A DNA stretch of 60,270 bases, filler included, from Dugesia japonica (GCA_001938525.1; 6 parts of 6 records of this genome joined end to end with filler, not necessarily neighbours in it); one strand, 5' to 3'; counted from the first letter of the whole stretch, positions 1-11,598 are shown. A program made the numbers and translations. The notes: generated by a model from the letters alone, not told the origin.

Positions 1-672
1 CATAATTCATATATTCAATTTGGATTTTCTTTTTATTTCGTGATCCATAATTTATTATATTGTTTTCTTTTATTATCGAATTTATTATTTGAGCTTTCGT
101 GCTTTCATTGTTTGTTTATTATTTTCTTTTATCATTGATTATTATTTCTTCGAGCAGTTTGTATTTAATTATATTTCTTTAATATTTCTGTTATAAAGTA
201 TTCATTAATTTACTGAATTATTGTTCTTTTTCTTTCTGTCTTCCTTTATTATTTAACACTATTCGTTTATTTCTGAAATTTCATTATCTTCTTGAGCACT
301 TTAGTTTATTAAGTTTCTCTTTGATTATAATTTCCATTTAATAATCACTTGATTCGTTGTTTAATATTTTCACAATAGTTAAATCTTAGTCACGCGATGT
401 TTCGAGCTTTCACTTTATTCTAATGATTTAGGTTAATTCATTTCTTCTATTCTAATTATTATTTCTACTTGGTTCTCTGTTTCTTATTAATTTAATTCAA
501 TTTCTCATTTATCATTTTTATGAAGCTGTTACTTTATTTTATTCTCTATTGTCGCTTTTAATATTCCTATTTTTTTTATTACTTCGATTATGCTTGGGAC
601 ATATTGTCTCTTCTATTCGATTGTTCATTTTTTTAAATGTTCATTTTATCGCCGGCCTGTTTCAGCACAACA
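1..672 (-). mobile_element. 5' part of a TGTTG-terminated LTR-like repeat (related to the solo LTR at 33775-35396)
   Basis: Reverse complement starts TGTTGTGCTGAAACAGG, resembling TGTTGGGCTGAAACACTGG at 33775, followed by the same kind of A-rich degenerate sequence. Confidence 0.5.
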
Positions 673-759
673 AATTACTGGGGGCCCACAAAAAATTCCG
701 CCCTGGAATTCTTTCGATTCCTTCTTATACATTTTCACTCTCTTTCTCATTGCTTACAT

Positions 760-2841
760 TGTAACCGATTGTACTCTGAATTTCTACTCGTTTTCGCGGT
801 TGGTGGTGGTTGAAAAAGATCCTATTAGACAAGAATTCTCATTAGTCAAAACAGAAAGAAAACTAAAGAAATAAGCCATTGTTAAAAATACTTTTATTAT
901 AAATTTACGTTAGCAAAATATAAGCACTTAAATGCTTAGTTATGGATCACAAAATAATTGTTAACTGGATCACAAGTCCACACAATTAAAGTTAATATAT
1001 AATGTTACTACTTCTCTGGATCATTGAAATTCGTAGTTCGTAGAGGAAGTTTGTAGCAGATGGTCTGGAATAGTTGTCGGGATTTCTAAGACAGCGTGAT
1101 GCTCGTTGGGACTTGAAAAAGTTCATTCACGTTGTCACAATTTAGGGTCATTGGTAGTCTAGATTTGGTACTTGTAAATTGGAATGTTTATGTTGTCATT
1201 GGAAAACAATTGGGATGCTTGTAGTTGCTAAAATTTTGAAGATGTCAATACGGGACAGCGGGGAGATTCGCTCGTGATTGAAAATTGTAACTTTCATAAT
1301 ATAGAAACAAGATAACCGGGATTGTACTGCATAATTAAAATTGAAAACTTTGTAATGTCGAACTGGGACAGCTGGGATGTTTGTCTCTGAAAAAAATTGA
1401 TTCGTATTGTCGAAATTAAGAGTCATTGGTAACTGAGATTTGACACTTGGGCATTAAAATATCTGCCGAACAGCCGGGATTAACCGTCGAGATAAGACAG
1501 CTGGGATACCATATCAACACATTAGAATATCGGGGTTATTGACATTTATAGAAAACTAGCAGGGTTTCATATCCGAAGAAGTTAAGATGTCTAGGAAGTG
1601 ATTTTTTTTATAAAAGACAGCCGGGATGCCGCCTTAGTAAACAATTTTAGGAATACACGTGGTTAAGGTTTGAGATTGTTGGGATCTGCTCTGGTTGTAC
1701 TGGGAATTGATGCAGCATAGAACTTCCGAGAAATAACACATAATGCAGTATAGGACTGCCAATAGAAAATATCAATCATAATTAAAATTTATACAAGGTT
1801 CTGATGCTGGACTTAACGATGCTAGAAAAGAACCTTTTCCGATTTCGAGTAGGGCCACTTGCTTGTAGGTTCCGAGATTGGAATGTCTGGAATTCGTAGA
1901 TTGTTTCGTCTCTGGTACGCTTGTTGTGCTAGATAATTTATTTCCAGCGCGATAGGTCTATCTGATTGAAATTGGTTGCTGTTGACTAAGTCGTAAGGAT
2001 GGCTTCTCGGCGGTAAGAGTACTGGAACAGGTGTGTTTTTCAACCTTTCATATTGGCTTCTCCATTTTCGATACTCATTTATTAACTCCTTATTTTCAAT
2101 AATAAGATTTTCATTTTCCTCTTTCGTCTCTCAATTCTCTTTATTTAATTGTTCGTATTTATTTAATTCTGTATCATTGCACGACTTTCTTCATACGCTT
2201 CTTTCCATCTTTTACTCTCAATTTCATAACTTTTTTATCTTGAATTTCTCTTTGTATTCTTTCCAAATGTATTTGTTGAGCCTGGGTTTTGGCCAAATTG
2301 TTATTCTCAATTGTTGATTCTAACATTTTTACTTTTGATTCCACTTTATTTCTGTTCTTTGCTCATCCAATAATGCGTTCAATCTTTTTCGCTCTTGTCT
2401 CATTAACAGTTTCACTTCTTTTAAATCACTTTGTGTCTTTAAACATTGCTGCTTCCAATACTGAACTCCTCCTTTTAATTTGTTAACTATAGCTTTGTGA
2501 CCTTCTTCTATTTGACACTGGGTTGCCTGGGTTTCGGCGACTTGATTCTTTAATCTCATTATTTGATTCTCGTAGTATAATCTAGATTCTATTCTGCAAT
2601 ACAAAATTGTCAATTTTATCATAATAAGGGTTTTAATGATATAATCGATTAATTAGATAACATTTGTGAGCTGGGCTAGCATCATATCTAGCTTTTTATT
2701 CAAACTGATTTAACTGATATTTACCAATTTAAGTTGTTTCAATAATTTACATGTATTAATTTGAATATCTGCGATTATCTCCCGATTTTCCTTCACTTCA
2801 CACTTCTCGTTTAATCAAATCCTTTTACACCACTCGCAACA
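760..2841 (-). repeat. Putative 3' LTR (~2.1 kb) of the Gypsy element
   Basis: On the minus strand a purine-rich GAAATTGAGGAGTA tract is followed by TGTTGCGAG at 2841. The segment ends ...TCGGTTACA at 760, with AATAAA at ~893-898. No 5' LTR is present to confirm it. Confidence 0.6.
1085..1630. repeat. Dispersed GACAGCYGGGAT motif array and ~280-bp-spaced degenerate duplication inside the LTR
   Basis: Motif copies near 1090, 1253, 1313, 1366, 1470, 1496 and 1616; 1090-1175 resembles 1367-1450. Confidence 0.7.
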
Positions 2842-3028
2842 TACTCCTCAATTTCAATTCACTTTACTTTTCTCCTTTATTTGACTTTTATTTTCTCACA
2901 CAACACTTGTGATCCATATACATCGTTTACACTACACTACACTCTACTATTACATTTCAAGTTTAAGCTATATACACAATTTTCTCATTCTTCACTACCA
3001 TAAATCTTCACCGGACCTTTTCTCAGCG

Positions 3029-4310
3029 TCACCGGTTCTCACCATTGCTTTGGGTGAATGTAAATATTTGTATGTTAACTCTACCAAATTCATTACGAAT
3101 TTTTGGTCGTGCATATTGTCTTTTTCTCGCTTTGACACACAAAATAACTGTAATTACTAACAACATTACTCCGGTTATTCCTCCGACTCCTCCAATGAGT
3201 CTCATGGACCATCCATCATTAGTTGCTGCTATCCTCGTTATCGTGGCTTTTTTCGTTATCTCCTCTAATTGTTTTAGTTCATCTGGTTTGATTCTGATCT
3301 CGTTGGCTCTTGCCATCTTTTACATTAATCTTTCGATATTACCGTTTCCTCTTGTCTGGGCTTCTGATCCTCGGTTTAGTTTTATTTCTTTTTCGTACTG
3401 CCTCATTTAGATTATTTCTCTTTTATTCGTCGTGCTGATTTCGGTGATATTGTTTGCACTACTTCTTTTCGTCGTTTCTGGTTTTGTTATCTCCTGACCT
3501 CGTGTCGTTTTTAGTTTATGGGTTTATTTGGTTATCTTCTCCGATGTACGTGTTGTTATCTCTGTTGTGATTCTTGGTTTTATGACTTGTCTCGTCATTT
3601 CATCTGGTGGTAGCTCCCACATTATCCTATATTCCACTTCGAACCATATACTATATCTCAGATGTATTTCATGTTTTAATTCTTGTTTTAATTCCCTTTA
3701 TATTCTACTAACAAATCACCGTCTGTTCAATCTTTAAGTGATAAATAATGTCCGGTTCGCCTATTTTCTTTTCCTTTTCGTAACACTGACAAATCCACAA
3801 ATTTTCCTGCCCAATTTATCTTAATTCCGAGCGCACTTCTCCTGCTGTAAGGCATGTTACCTCGTTTTGCTTCTAATATTTGTCCTCGTTTTGTCCAAAG
3901 CACTTCATGCACTCTTTCTGGTGTAAATCTCCATAAGTGTGATATACGATACTTGTTTCTTAGCACAGGATCTCTCGTTTCTTCCCCATGTTGGTTTGTT
4001 CCAATCTCGTATTAAATATAGAATGTTAAAATAGTTTCTGTAATAAATACTAAAGATTCTTCTAACTTCGAACATTCCCGAATCTTTGTAGTAACTTGAT
4101 ATCCACGATTCCTCTCGGTAAGGATTTTTATATACTCCTTTGTATTGTATTAATCGCATTTTTTGTGGTTTTTCTCCTGTTATATCAAGATTCACTTGCC
4201 AAGATTTTCTAAATATCTTTACAGTCATTGCGTGACCTTTTACCTGTATGTCAGGTTGTACCCATGTAAACGGGGCTCTATATTCCGTTTCTGTATAATG
4301 ACCTTCTTTT
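3029..4310 (-). pseudogene. Type I membrane protein downstream of integrase (aromatic-rich ectodomain, Thr-rich stalk, TM helix, basic tail)
   Basis: ORF pieces 3905-4228, 3727-3966 and 3029-3316, plus the frame between them (RITTEITTRTSEKITK..KPETTKRSSANNITEISTT). TM segment LIGGVGGITGVMLLVITVILCV is followed by KARKR. Confidence 0.7.
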
Positions 4311-4319
4311 GTGTGTTAT

Positions 4320-5250
4320 GTTCTCTTTTATTCGCTCTTTCATACCTGTCACATAATCGTCTTCATTCATGTACTGCAAAATTGGTGGTTGATATTCCAA
4401 ATCAATAGGCATATTACACTCTCTGCCATACATTAAACTGAACGGTTTTGCTCTTGTTGTTGGATGTATCCCATTCTATATGCAAATAGGCATAAATTCA
4501 AATTTTTATCAGATTCTCGTTGATCCTTTGAAGCATAGCTCAATAGCATTCTTGTCAACGTTTGGTTGAACATTTCTGTCATTCCGTCCGTCTGAGGACA
4601 ATATGCTGATGTTCGTAATTTGTAAATATTGACGAAACTCGTAATTTGTTTCATCAACTCACTCATAAAGTTCTTTCCCTGATCGGTTAAAATTTTCTTT
4701 GGAAGCCCATAACGACTAAACACTTTGTCGCTGCTTTCTGATCTCTTAACGCAAATGCTTCCAGAAATTTTGATAGATAATCTACGACCGTTAAAATATA
4801 TATCTTTCCACTGTCTGTTGGTGGTAATGGCCTAATTATATCCATTGCTATTATATCCATCGGTGTTGCTGGCACTGGAATAGGTTGTAGTGGAACTTTG
4901 AATTTCTTTCCTGTTCCTCTTCTTGCTGCAAATATCTGACATTTTCCCACCCAGGTTTTTATACGTGTCGTTATATGTGGCCAATAATATTTTGCTCTCA
5001 ATGTGGATTCTGTCTTTTTAGCTGACATATGACCTCCTAATATTCCATTATGATAATGTTTCAAAATCTTTGCTCGTCTGCTTTTTGGTATTACTAACAA
5101 CATTTTGTCACTCTCCTTCATCATCAACCATCCATTGACTATTGCGTATTGTCCTCCTCGTTTCTTCAAATGTTCTTTCATGCTTTTATTACACTTAACT
5201 TTACTCAGATCGTAATGTTTTAGATAATCTAGAATTATTTTAATCTCTAA
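4320..5250 (-). pseudogene. Gypsy integrase (HHCC + DDE core), frameshifted
   Basis: HNGILGGH..YYWP..CQ; DIIAMDII.PLP; YILTVVDYLSKF; YGLPKKILTDQGKNF; PQTDGMTEMFNQTL; PFSLMYGRE. Confidence 0.95.
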
Positions 5251-5774
5251 ATCCTCATCTTGATTCTTTTTGAGACCTGTAAATCTTTATTTTCTGCTAA
5301 TATCATACATAAGGTTCGTATTTCTTGATTCATTAACTGCTGAATATTAATCACTTCGTTGTCTTGAATTTTAGTTTCCGCCTTCTCTTCCGGTTCATCT
5401 GTAAATCTCGCTCTTGACATATAATATGCATTTGCATTTGCTTTACTCGATTTGTATTTTACTAATGGTGCATATTCTTGTAGTTTCATAGCCCATCTCG
5501 CCATTCAATTTATCTGTAGTGGTTTATGTCCGACCATTGTAAGCAGTTGATGATCTGTAAATACTACTAGTTCGTGTCCAAGTATCAACTGATTGAAGTG
5601 CTTTACTGCTTTTACAATTGCTAAAATTTCTCGTTCTGTTGTATTGTAGTTATTTTCTGCACCTTGAAAGGTTTTACTAAAATAGCCGCTGAATCGTTCT
5701 CGACCCTCTTCATCTAGTTGACTCAAGACTGCTCGTATTGCATAGCAACTTGAATATGTTGCCAATATAAATGG
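5247..5774 (-). pseudogene. Gypsy RNase H
   Basis: AIRAVLSQ..YFSKTF..AENNYNTTEREILAIV..VVFTDHQLL..MARWAMKLQEY. Confidence 0.95.
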
Positions 5775-6265
5775 TTACTTAAAATCTGGTTGTACTAATA
5801 TCGGTGCTGTCATTAACTTTTCTCGTATTATTTCGAAGGCTTTTTGATGCTCATCTGTCCAAATAAATTTTACATCTTGTCTCACTAATGATTGAATTGG
5901 TTTGACTATAGTTGCAAATCTTTTGATAAATTTTCTGTAATAGTTCGCCATGCCTAAAAATACTTGCACATCATTTACTGTTTTCGGTACTGGTAATTTC
6001 TTACTCTTTTCAATATTCGCTGGATCTGGTTGTTTTCCTTGATCTGATATTAGATGACCTAAATATGTTACTTGACTCTTCGCCCATTCACACTTTGTAG
6101 GTTTTACTCTAAGATTCCACATTCTCAGTCGTACAAATACATTTCTCAAATTTTCTAAATGCTCCTCAAATGTTGAAAATATTAATAAATCATCGATATA
6201 TATCATACTCTGTGGGATTCCATAAGTCACAAAATTCATTGTCCGTTGGAACGATGCAGGTGCAT
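5775..6265 (-). pseudogene. Reverse transcriptase (N-terminal part deleted)
   Basis: APASFQRTMN..IYIDDLLIFS..KCEW..YLGH..FLGMANYYRKFI; the motifs normally upstream of APASFQR are absent. Confidence 0.95.
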
Positions 6266-6296
6266 ATTTTCCTAATTTTGCTAATTTTTCACTTTT

Positions 6297-6680
6297 TCAA
6301 CAGTAATCTGATTGATGGTTATCTTTACCACAATGTATACATCTTGGATGTCTGAATTGAGTTTGACGTTTTCTAACACCATTATATTGATCCAAATCTA
6401 TTTTTTCACTTGGGAATACTTTTGGCATTATGTCTAATCCAATAATACATTCAACCATTAAAGTATTCATTATTTTCATTATATGTGTAAATCGTTCTCG
6501 CGATGTATGTATTAAACAAGATATTTCGCCCACAGCTTTTATTGATTCTCCAGTTATCATCAATAGTTCCCTAAATGCTTTTTCGATTCTTGATTTATCT
6601 GCTTTAGCTATTACTTTCGAATTTATTATTGAACTACTTGCTCCAGTATCAATCATACAATCCAATGTTTTAACAATTAT
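6297..6680 (-). pseudogene. Retropepsin aspartic protease followed by a CCHC zinc knuckle
   Basis: CMIDTGASSSII...CIIGLDIM, then CIHCGKDNHQSDYC (CX2CX4HX4C). Confidence 0.9.
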
Positions 6681-7064
6681 TTGTTATTCTTTGCATCAAC
6701 ACTTTAAATCCTGGAGTTAACACTGGTGTTAAACTGCTTGCTTCATCTTTTCTGATATCTTCTTCACTTTTTGATATAATACTAAAATTTTTTGATCTCA
6801 ATTGTATTGTTCGATTATCATGTTCATCTTTTTCTCTAAGAGTTGGTGGAAGTTTACATTCTTTACTCAAATATTTATCTCTAAATGGTTGTAATTCCTT
6901 ATTTGAATAATACACTGTATTCACTCTTCGCTGTCTCTGCCTTGGGTAACATCTCGATCTCCATGATGATTACGTCTTTTGAGTTCTGCCAAGTCTCTCG
7001 AGCTGTTGTTTCTGTTGATCGTCTACTTCCTGTGATAACTCATCGTATACTCCGAATTCGTCGT

Positions 7065-9160
7065 TTTAATTTCTTTTATCATAATAAGCTCCTTGCCACT
7101 GTGATGCAGAAGGTAAACCCTTGGACTGATTCAATAACCATTGATCATATGCTGGTGCAGATGCACCTTCTAACTTTTCTGGTAACTCTTCATACACTTC
7201 CTCATCGATTACTGCATTATATCCTTTTTGATAGCCATCGGACTATTGCCGTCCTTGTTGTAAATTTCTAATTTGTTCTCTAATTTGTTGATTATGAGTT
7301 GTTGTCGATTCTCGAATCTTTGGTCGATTATTATCTGGTCCATCACTGCCATCATTACTACTATCTTGTCTTTTCCACGGTTTGAATGCATCAAATATTG
7401 TCGTTTTTCTTTCTTTTCGTTTTCTCATTTCCTTACATATTGATCGAATTTGATTAATGATCTGTTCATCTGTTACTCCGATTTGACTCATACATCTCAA
7501 TAATCTCTTCGTACTGTGTAAATCATTTGAATGACTATTTAATACCACCGACTTTGCCCATGCTAGAAATATTCCCATCATCATTTACCAAGATATCTTT
7601 CTCTCTTTCTTATATAAGTCGAAACATGCCAATAATTGTGTCATTATCACTTTGACTATCTGTATTATGAATATTATTCTAAGTAAACCAGCCATTGCTT
7701 GTCCAAAAACTATGAATCGATCCCACATTTCTTCATCACATTTACCGTTGCTGTCTGAAAATGATCTGCGGATAACTATAATTCATAATTTGATCTACCA
7801 TCTGCTGTAAATCCTCCTCCTGCTATTTGCACAAGATTCGATAAAATTTGCATCCACTTTACTGGAAATAACATATGTTCTCTTGCTTTGTCCAAATCAT
7901 CTTGTTGATAAATTCCACCTTCCGCTATATTTAACGGTGTAAATTGTGCTTCACCTTTTAATTGTAATCGTGAATATTTTCTGACTCGTGTTACCGGAAG
8001 TCTCTCTGGAAATCGTACCCATTGATTATTCTGTAATTTAAAGTAAGTTCCAAATAGGTTTGAATAGTTTATCAGGTTTGGAATAAATCCTCTTGGTGAT
8101 ATCACTGTAGTAATTGGCTGCACAAATTGCCTTTCTTTGTTATAAAATATCTCTACTTCATTATAGCATCTATTATGTTCCTTTGGTGCCAACGTTGCAT
8201 CCACTTTTTTACATTGATATATGAACATTACCTCTCCCACAATTCGTCTAAATTATCCTTCTGCTAGCGGTAATAATGGTGACACATTATCTGGATTTGT
8301 AGTTGCTGTTGCCAATTTCGTCTTTAATATTTCGTTATTTAATGTACAATCGTTCCACACTAGATCGTGATATATTTTCTCTATTTAAGCTTGTGTTAAA
8401 TGAAACAAATTATCTATTATATTATTGATATAGAGATGTAACTTCGTATCTTCTGTTGTGATTCCTGCTTTAGTCTTTTCTACACTCGTTTTTGATACCC
8501 ATAAACCTTTATAATTTGTTTCGTTTACTAATTCTTCACATTTCGATTTTGTTTTCTTTCGTGACAAACTGATCATTCCGTTTTTGTCAGTTGACATTAA
8601 AACTACGGTCGTTTCTGCCCAGTGCATTTCGCCTGGTTTTAGTTTCATACCATCATCTACCTTTCCCACTGGTGGCATCGTTTCTTTTTCATCCACTTCA
8701 ATAACCTTTTTACCTTGAGATTCGTCGAAAGCCGTTTCTTTTAGAAATTTCATTGCACATTCTTGATGATTAACATTATACATTAATGTTGACGTTCGCG
8801 TGTCACATAAAAGATCTGACGCTTTACACATAGTATACATTTTCATCATCTGTGTCTTTGTATCGAAGAATGCATCATATTCCTTTAATTCGACTCGATA
8901 ACTTTCTATCGCTACCTTATAACTGGTGACTACTCTTTTTACAGTATAAGTACCTTACGTACACGTTCCATGTTCATCCGATATACTTCCTGCTGCGAAT
9001 ATTCTTGTTTGCATGATCTGTTCACTTTTAGCATTAACAATCTTTCTTTCTGCTACTTGTATCTTTCCAGTCACAAATCCTTCTTCACATTGTTGTCCTG
9101 TTAAATAGATCTGTCTCACTTCTTGTCCGGTTTCGATAAAATATATATTGTCATTTAGCT
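7065..9160 (-). pseudogene. env: Chuvirus-G / herpes gB-like (class III) envelope fusion glycoprotein, N-terminus missing
   Basis: Motif series typical of chuvirus-type glycoproteins: AAGSISDEHGTC, CKASDLLCD, LYINN, DCTLN..LATATTNPD, GEVMFIYQCKKV, CYNEV, FVQPITTVI, GGIYQQDDL..HMLFP, then hydrophobic WDRFIVFGQAMAGLLRIIFIIQIVKVI. Recognised by eye, not by search. Confidence 0.8.
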
Positions 9161-9630
9161 GTCAATGTCAATTATACTAATTTTGTCTTTATTGTCAATT
9201 TTCTCCGTATTTTTAGATGATCTCTGATTTCCTGTTAAATATGCACCCTATTATCGAAGAAAGGGAGTAATAAATTTATTTTACAATTCTACAAAATCTT
9301 ACTTTAAAAATTAAATCAACCTTATAAACAAAAATTAAAATATTCAGACAAACATAAATATTACAATTATTGCAAAAAAAGATAAATAATAAGTATAAAA
9401 TAAAAACTTAAAATTTTTTTCCTCTATTCCAAATTCCTTACATTCAATTCTTTAAGAACTTTCGAAGCTTTTTAATGTTTATTGAATCTATCATGACCTT
9501 TATCTTATATCTCAACTTTTACCAGCTTTTTTTACGTAACGTTAAACTATTTTTTCGTCAGTGTCTTATCTCTGTTTTGTAAATTTCTATTGTTTTACTA
9601 CTAACAAGTAAAAACGTTCTCTATTCAATT

Positions 9631-10042
9631 AGTAGGTGAATAGGAGCGCACAATACCAACCTCCGTGTATAAGAATTTTACATTTATTTGGCGGAAATGA
9701 TTTAATTATTACTCGTATTTCTTTGTGTGTATCCAGTTCTTTTTTTAAAGTCAACTGTTCCCAATTTCTTTTGATGAGTCACCGGCGTGAAATCAACCTA
9801 TTTTTGTTTAAAAAACTAACATTTTTAATTTTTAAGTGAATTTCCTCTAGGATAATATTAAAATTAGAAGCACATTGAGCAATATTAATATTAACATTGA
9901 AAGCTCTCCGGGCAATACATATATTAACATGAAATGCTCCCACGGACAATAAATACATGTACCTTTAAATACACGTAAAATTTCCATATCACTAATAATT
10001 ATCTCTCGAGAGGTATGGTACCGTGCGCTCTAACTACCTACT
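9631..10042. mobile_element. Miniature non-autonomous Polinton/Maverick-type element (412 bp)
   Basis: Termini AGTAGGT...ACCTACT, ~35-bp imperfect TIRs sharing GAGCGCAC, and a perfect 6-bp TSD TCAATT (9625-9630, 10043-10048). Confidence 0.75.
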
Positions 10043-10556
10043 TCAATTTTCTGCCCGAATTCTTTGCTTGAAATTTCTGTGTAGAATTCTAAATCATAAG
10101 TTTAAATGTGAGTTCTACCACTGGCAAAATATCTCTTAAATCTAAAGTTCATGTACCCGGCGACATGGTATTAATCTTATAGTATATTGTACACAATTTT
10201 CTCACAATTACTCATTCTTTTTATGAAATTTTGAAATCTACTAAATAACGATAACATCAGGAATAGTGACCTTCTTCTAATTGGTTGACACTACTTATAT
10301 CACAAATCATGTAAAGTGGTCAACCATTCAAAAGATATACTTCTTTCTATCTTTAATTTTATTAGAGGTATAAGAAAATAATTATTATTTAATATTTTTA
10401 GCCAAGAGAAAGTGAGTTAATTCGGTAATAAGTTTTAATCAGTTCTTTTCAATTATATTATTTCCAAATAGCATAGTTTTAGTAGTAAAATAAACGATGT
10501 CTCAAAATATTAGTTTTGATTTGGAAAATGAATTACCAATTAAAGATTTACCTAAC

Positions 10557-11598
10557 ATGGTGGTAGCGGTAAATACCAATTTTAATACAGAAATGTTATT
10601 GCTGAAAATGTTCTGCAGAGGATATGGTATTGAGAAATTTATCAGGCGGTGTGAATTGTATTTCAAAGCTAAAAACATCAATCATGTGAAACAACAGGAG
10701 AGATTACTCTCCTGTTTGTTAGATAAAGATTTGTTGGAAGAATATGTAAAGACATTGAAAAATGTTGAAGGTTTTTAGACTCGTTTACGTATGGCATTTG
10801 AGAAAGAGAAAGATGTTATCAAAGATTTTTAAAATTTGATTAAGTACAGGAGTGAAATGAAAAAGGTTTTCAGACTCGTTTGCATATGGCATTTAAGAAA
10901 GAGATTTTCAAAGATTTTCGAAATTTGATTAACTATAGGCGTCAAAATGAAGAGATTCAAGTTTATTTTAAAGATGTAAAAGATTTAGTAAAAAGATTAT
11001 TTACAAATAAAGATTTTACTGAGTAAAAAATGGTAGCAAAGATGCTTATATACTGTTCAGAAGAAGTGACTTTGCGGAAACGAGAGAATATAGAAGAAGT
11101 TGAAGAAACAATGACATTAGTAAATTGAGAAGAGAAAACAGAGATCAAGTTTTGGAAGTTAGACGTTACTTGAGAGTTACAAGTCGAAATTATCAGAAAC
11201 CTGCAAATCATACAGTAAATAGATATATGGAGCACAAAAAGGAAAAACAAAATATCGAATATTGGCTATGTCATAAGATCGGTCATAATAAAGCAAATTG
11301 TCCGACCAAAAAAAAGGTAGAGTATTGGACTTGTCATAAAACAGGACATATAAGTCTAGATTGTCCAAGTAAAAAACCAACAAAATGTTTTAGTTGTGGA
11401 AAGGTTGGTCATATTCGAAGGTTATGTCAAGAAGTAAAGTGTAAACGATGTATTAATGGTGGACATAGAGTAGAAGAGTGCTACACAAATTTAAAAATAA
11501 AAAGAACAAGAAATTTATGACTATAGAAAGATCAAGAAACCGATATAATTGAGTACATGCGATTGAAGATGAAGATGTCAATACAAACGATGGATATG
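10557..11598 (+). pseudogene. gag: Gypsy gag remnant with four tandem CCHC knuckles (first two C->Y)
   Basis: MVVAVNT..FCRGYGIEKFIRRCELYF; YWLCHKIGHNKANC, YWTCHKTGHISLDC, CFSCGKVGHIRRLC, CKRCINGGHRVEEC. Confidence 0.85.
10558..10570 (+). promoter_or_regulatory. Primer-binding site, tRNA-Leu-like
   Basis: TGGTGGTAGCGGT directly after ...AACA; the homologous copy at 18289-18301 has TGGTGGCAGCGGT, complementary to the tRNA-Leu 3' end ACCGCTGCCACCA. Confidence 0.65.

Larger units (their letters stand above)
760..9160 (-). mobile_element. Degenerate, 5'-truncated Ty3/Gypsy LTR retroelement with two membrane-protein genes (env-PR-CCHC-RT-RH-IN-TM protein-3'LTR)
   Basis: Colinear minus-strand domains: glycoprotein, DTGA protease, YIDD RT, RNase H, integrase, TM ORF, purine tract and TGT...ACA LTR. 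The RT-RH-IN order is Gypsy type. Many stops and frameshifts. Confidence 0.9.

Noticed and set aside
2033-3737. Plus-strand hydrophobic ORFs (also 6430-7271)
   Set aside because: Antisense shadows of the A-rich minus-strand retroelement.
10497-11520. gag as the missing gag of the env-bearing element
   Set aside because: It is on the opposite strand, has its own PBS, is separated by a mini-Polinton, and has an independent homolog at 17.7-18.3 kb.
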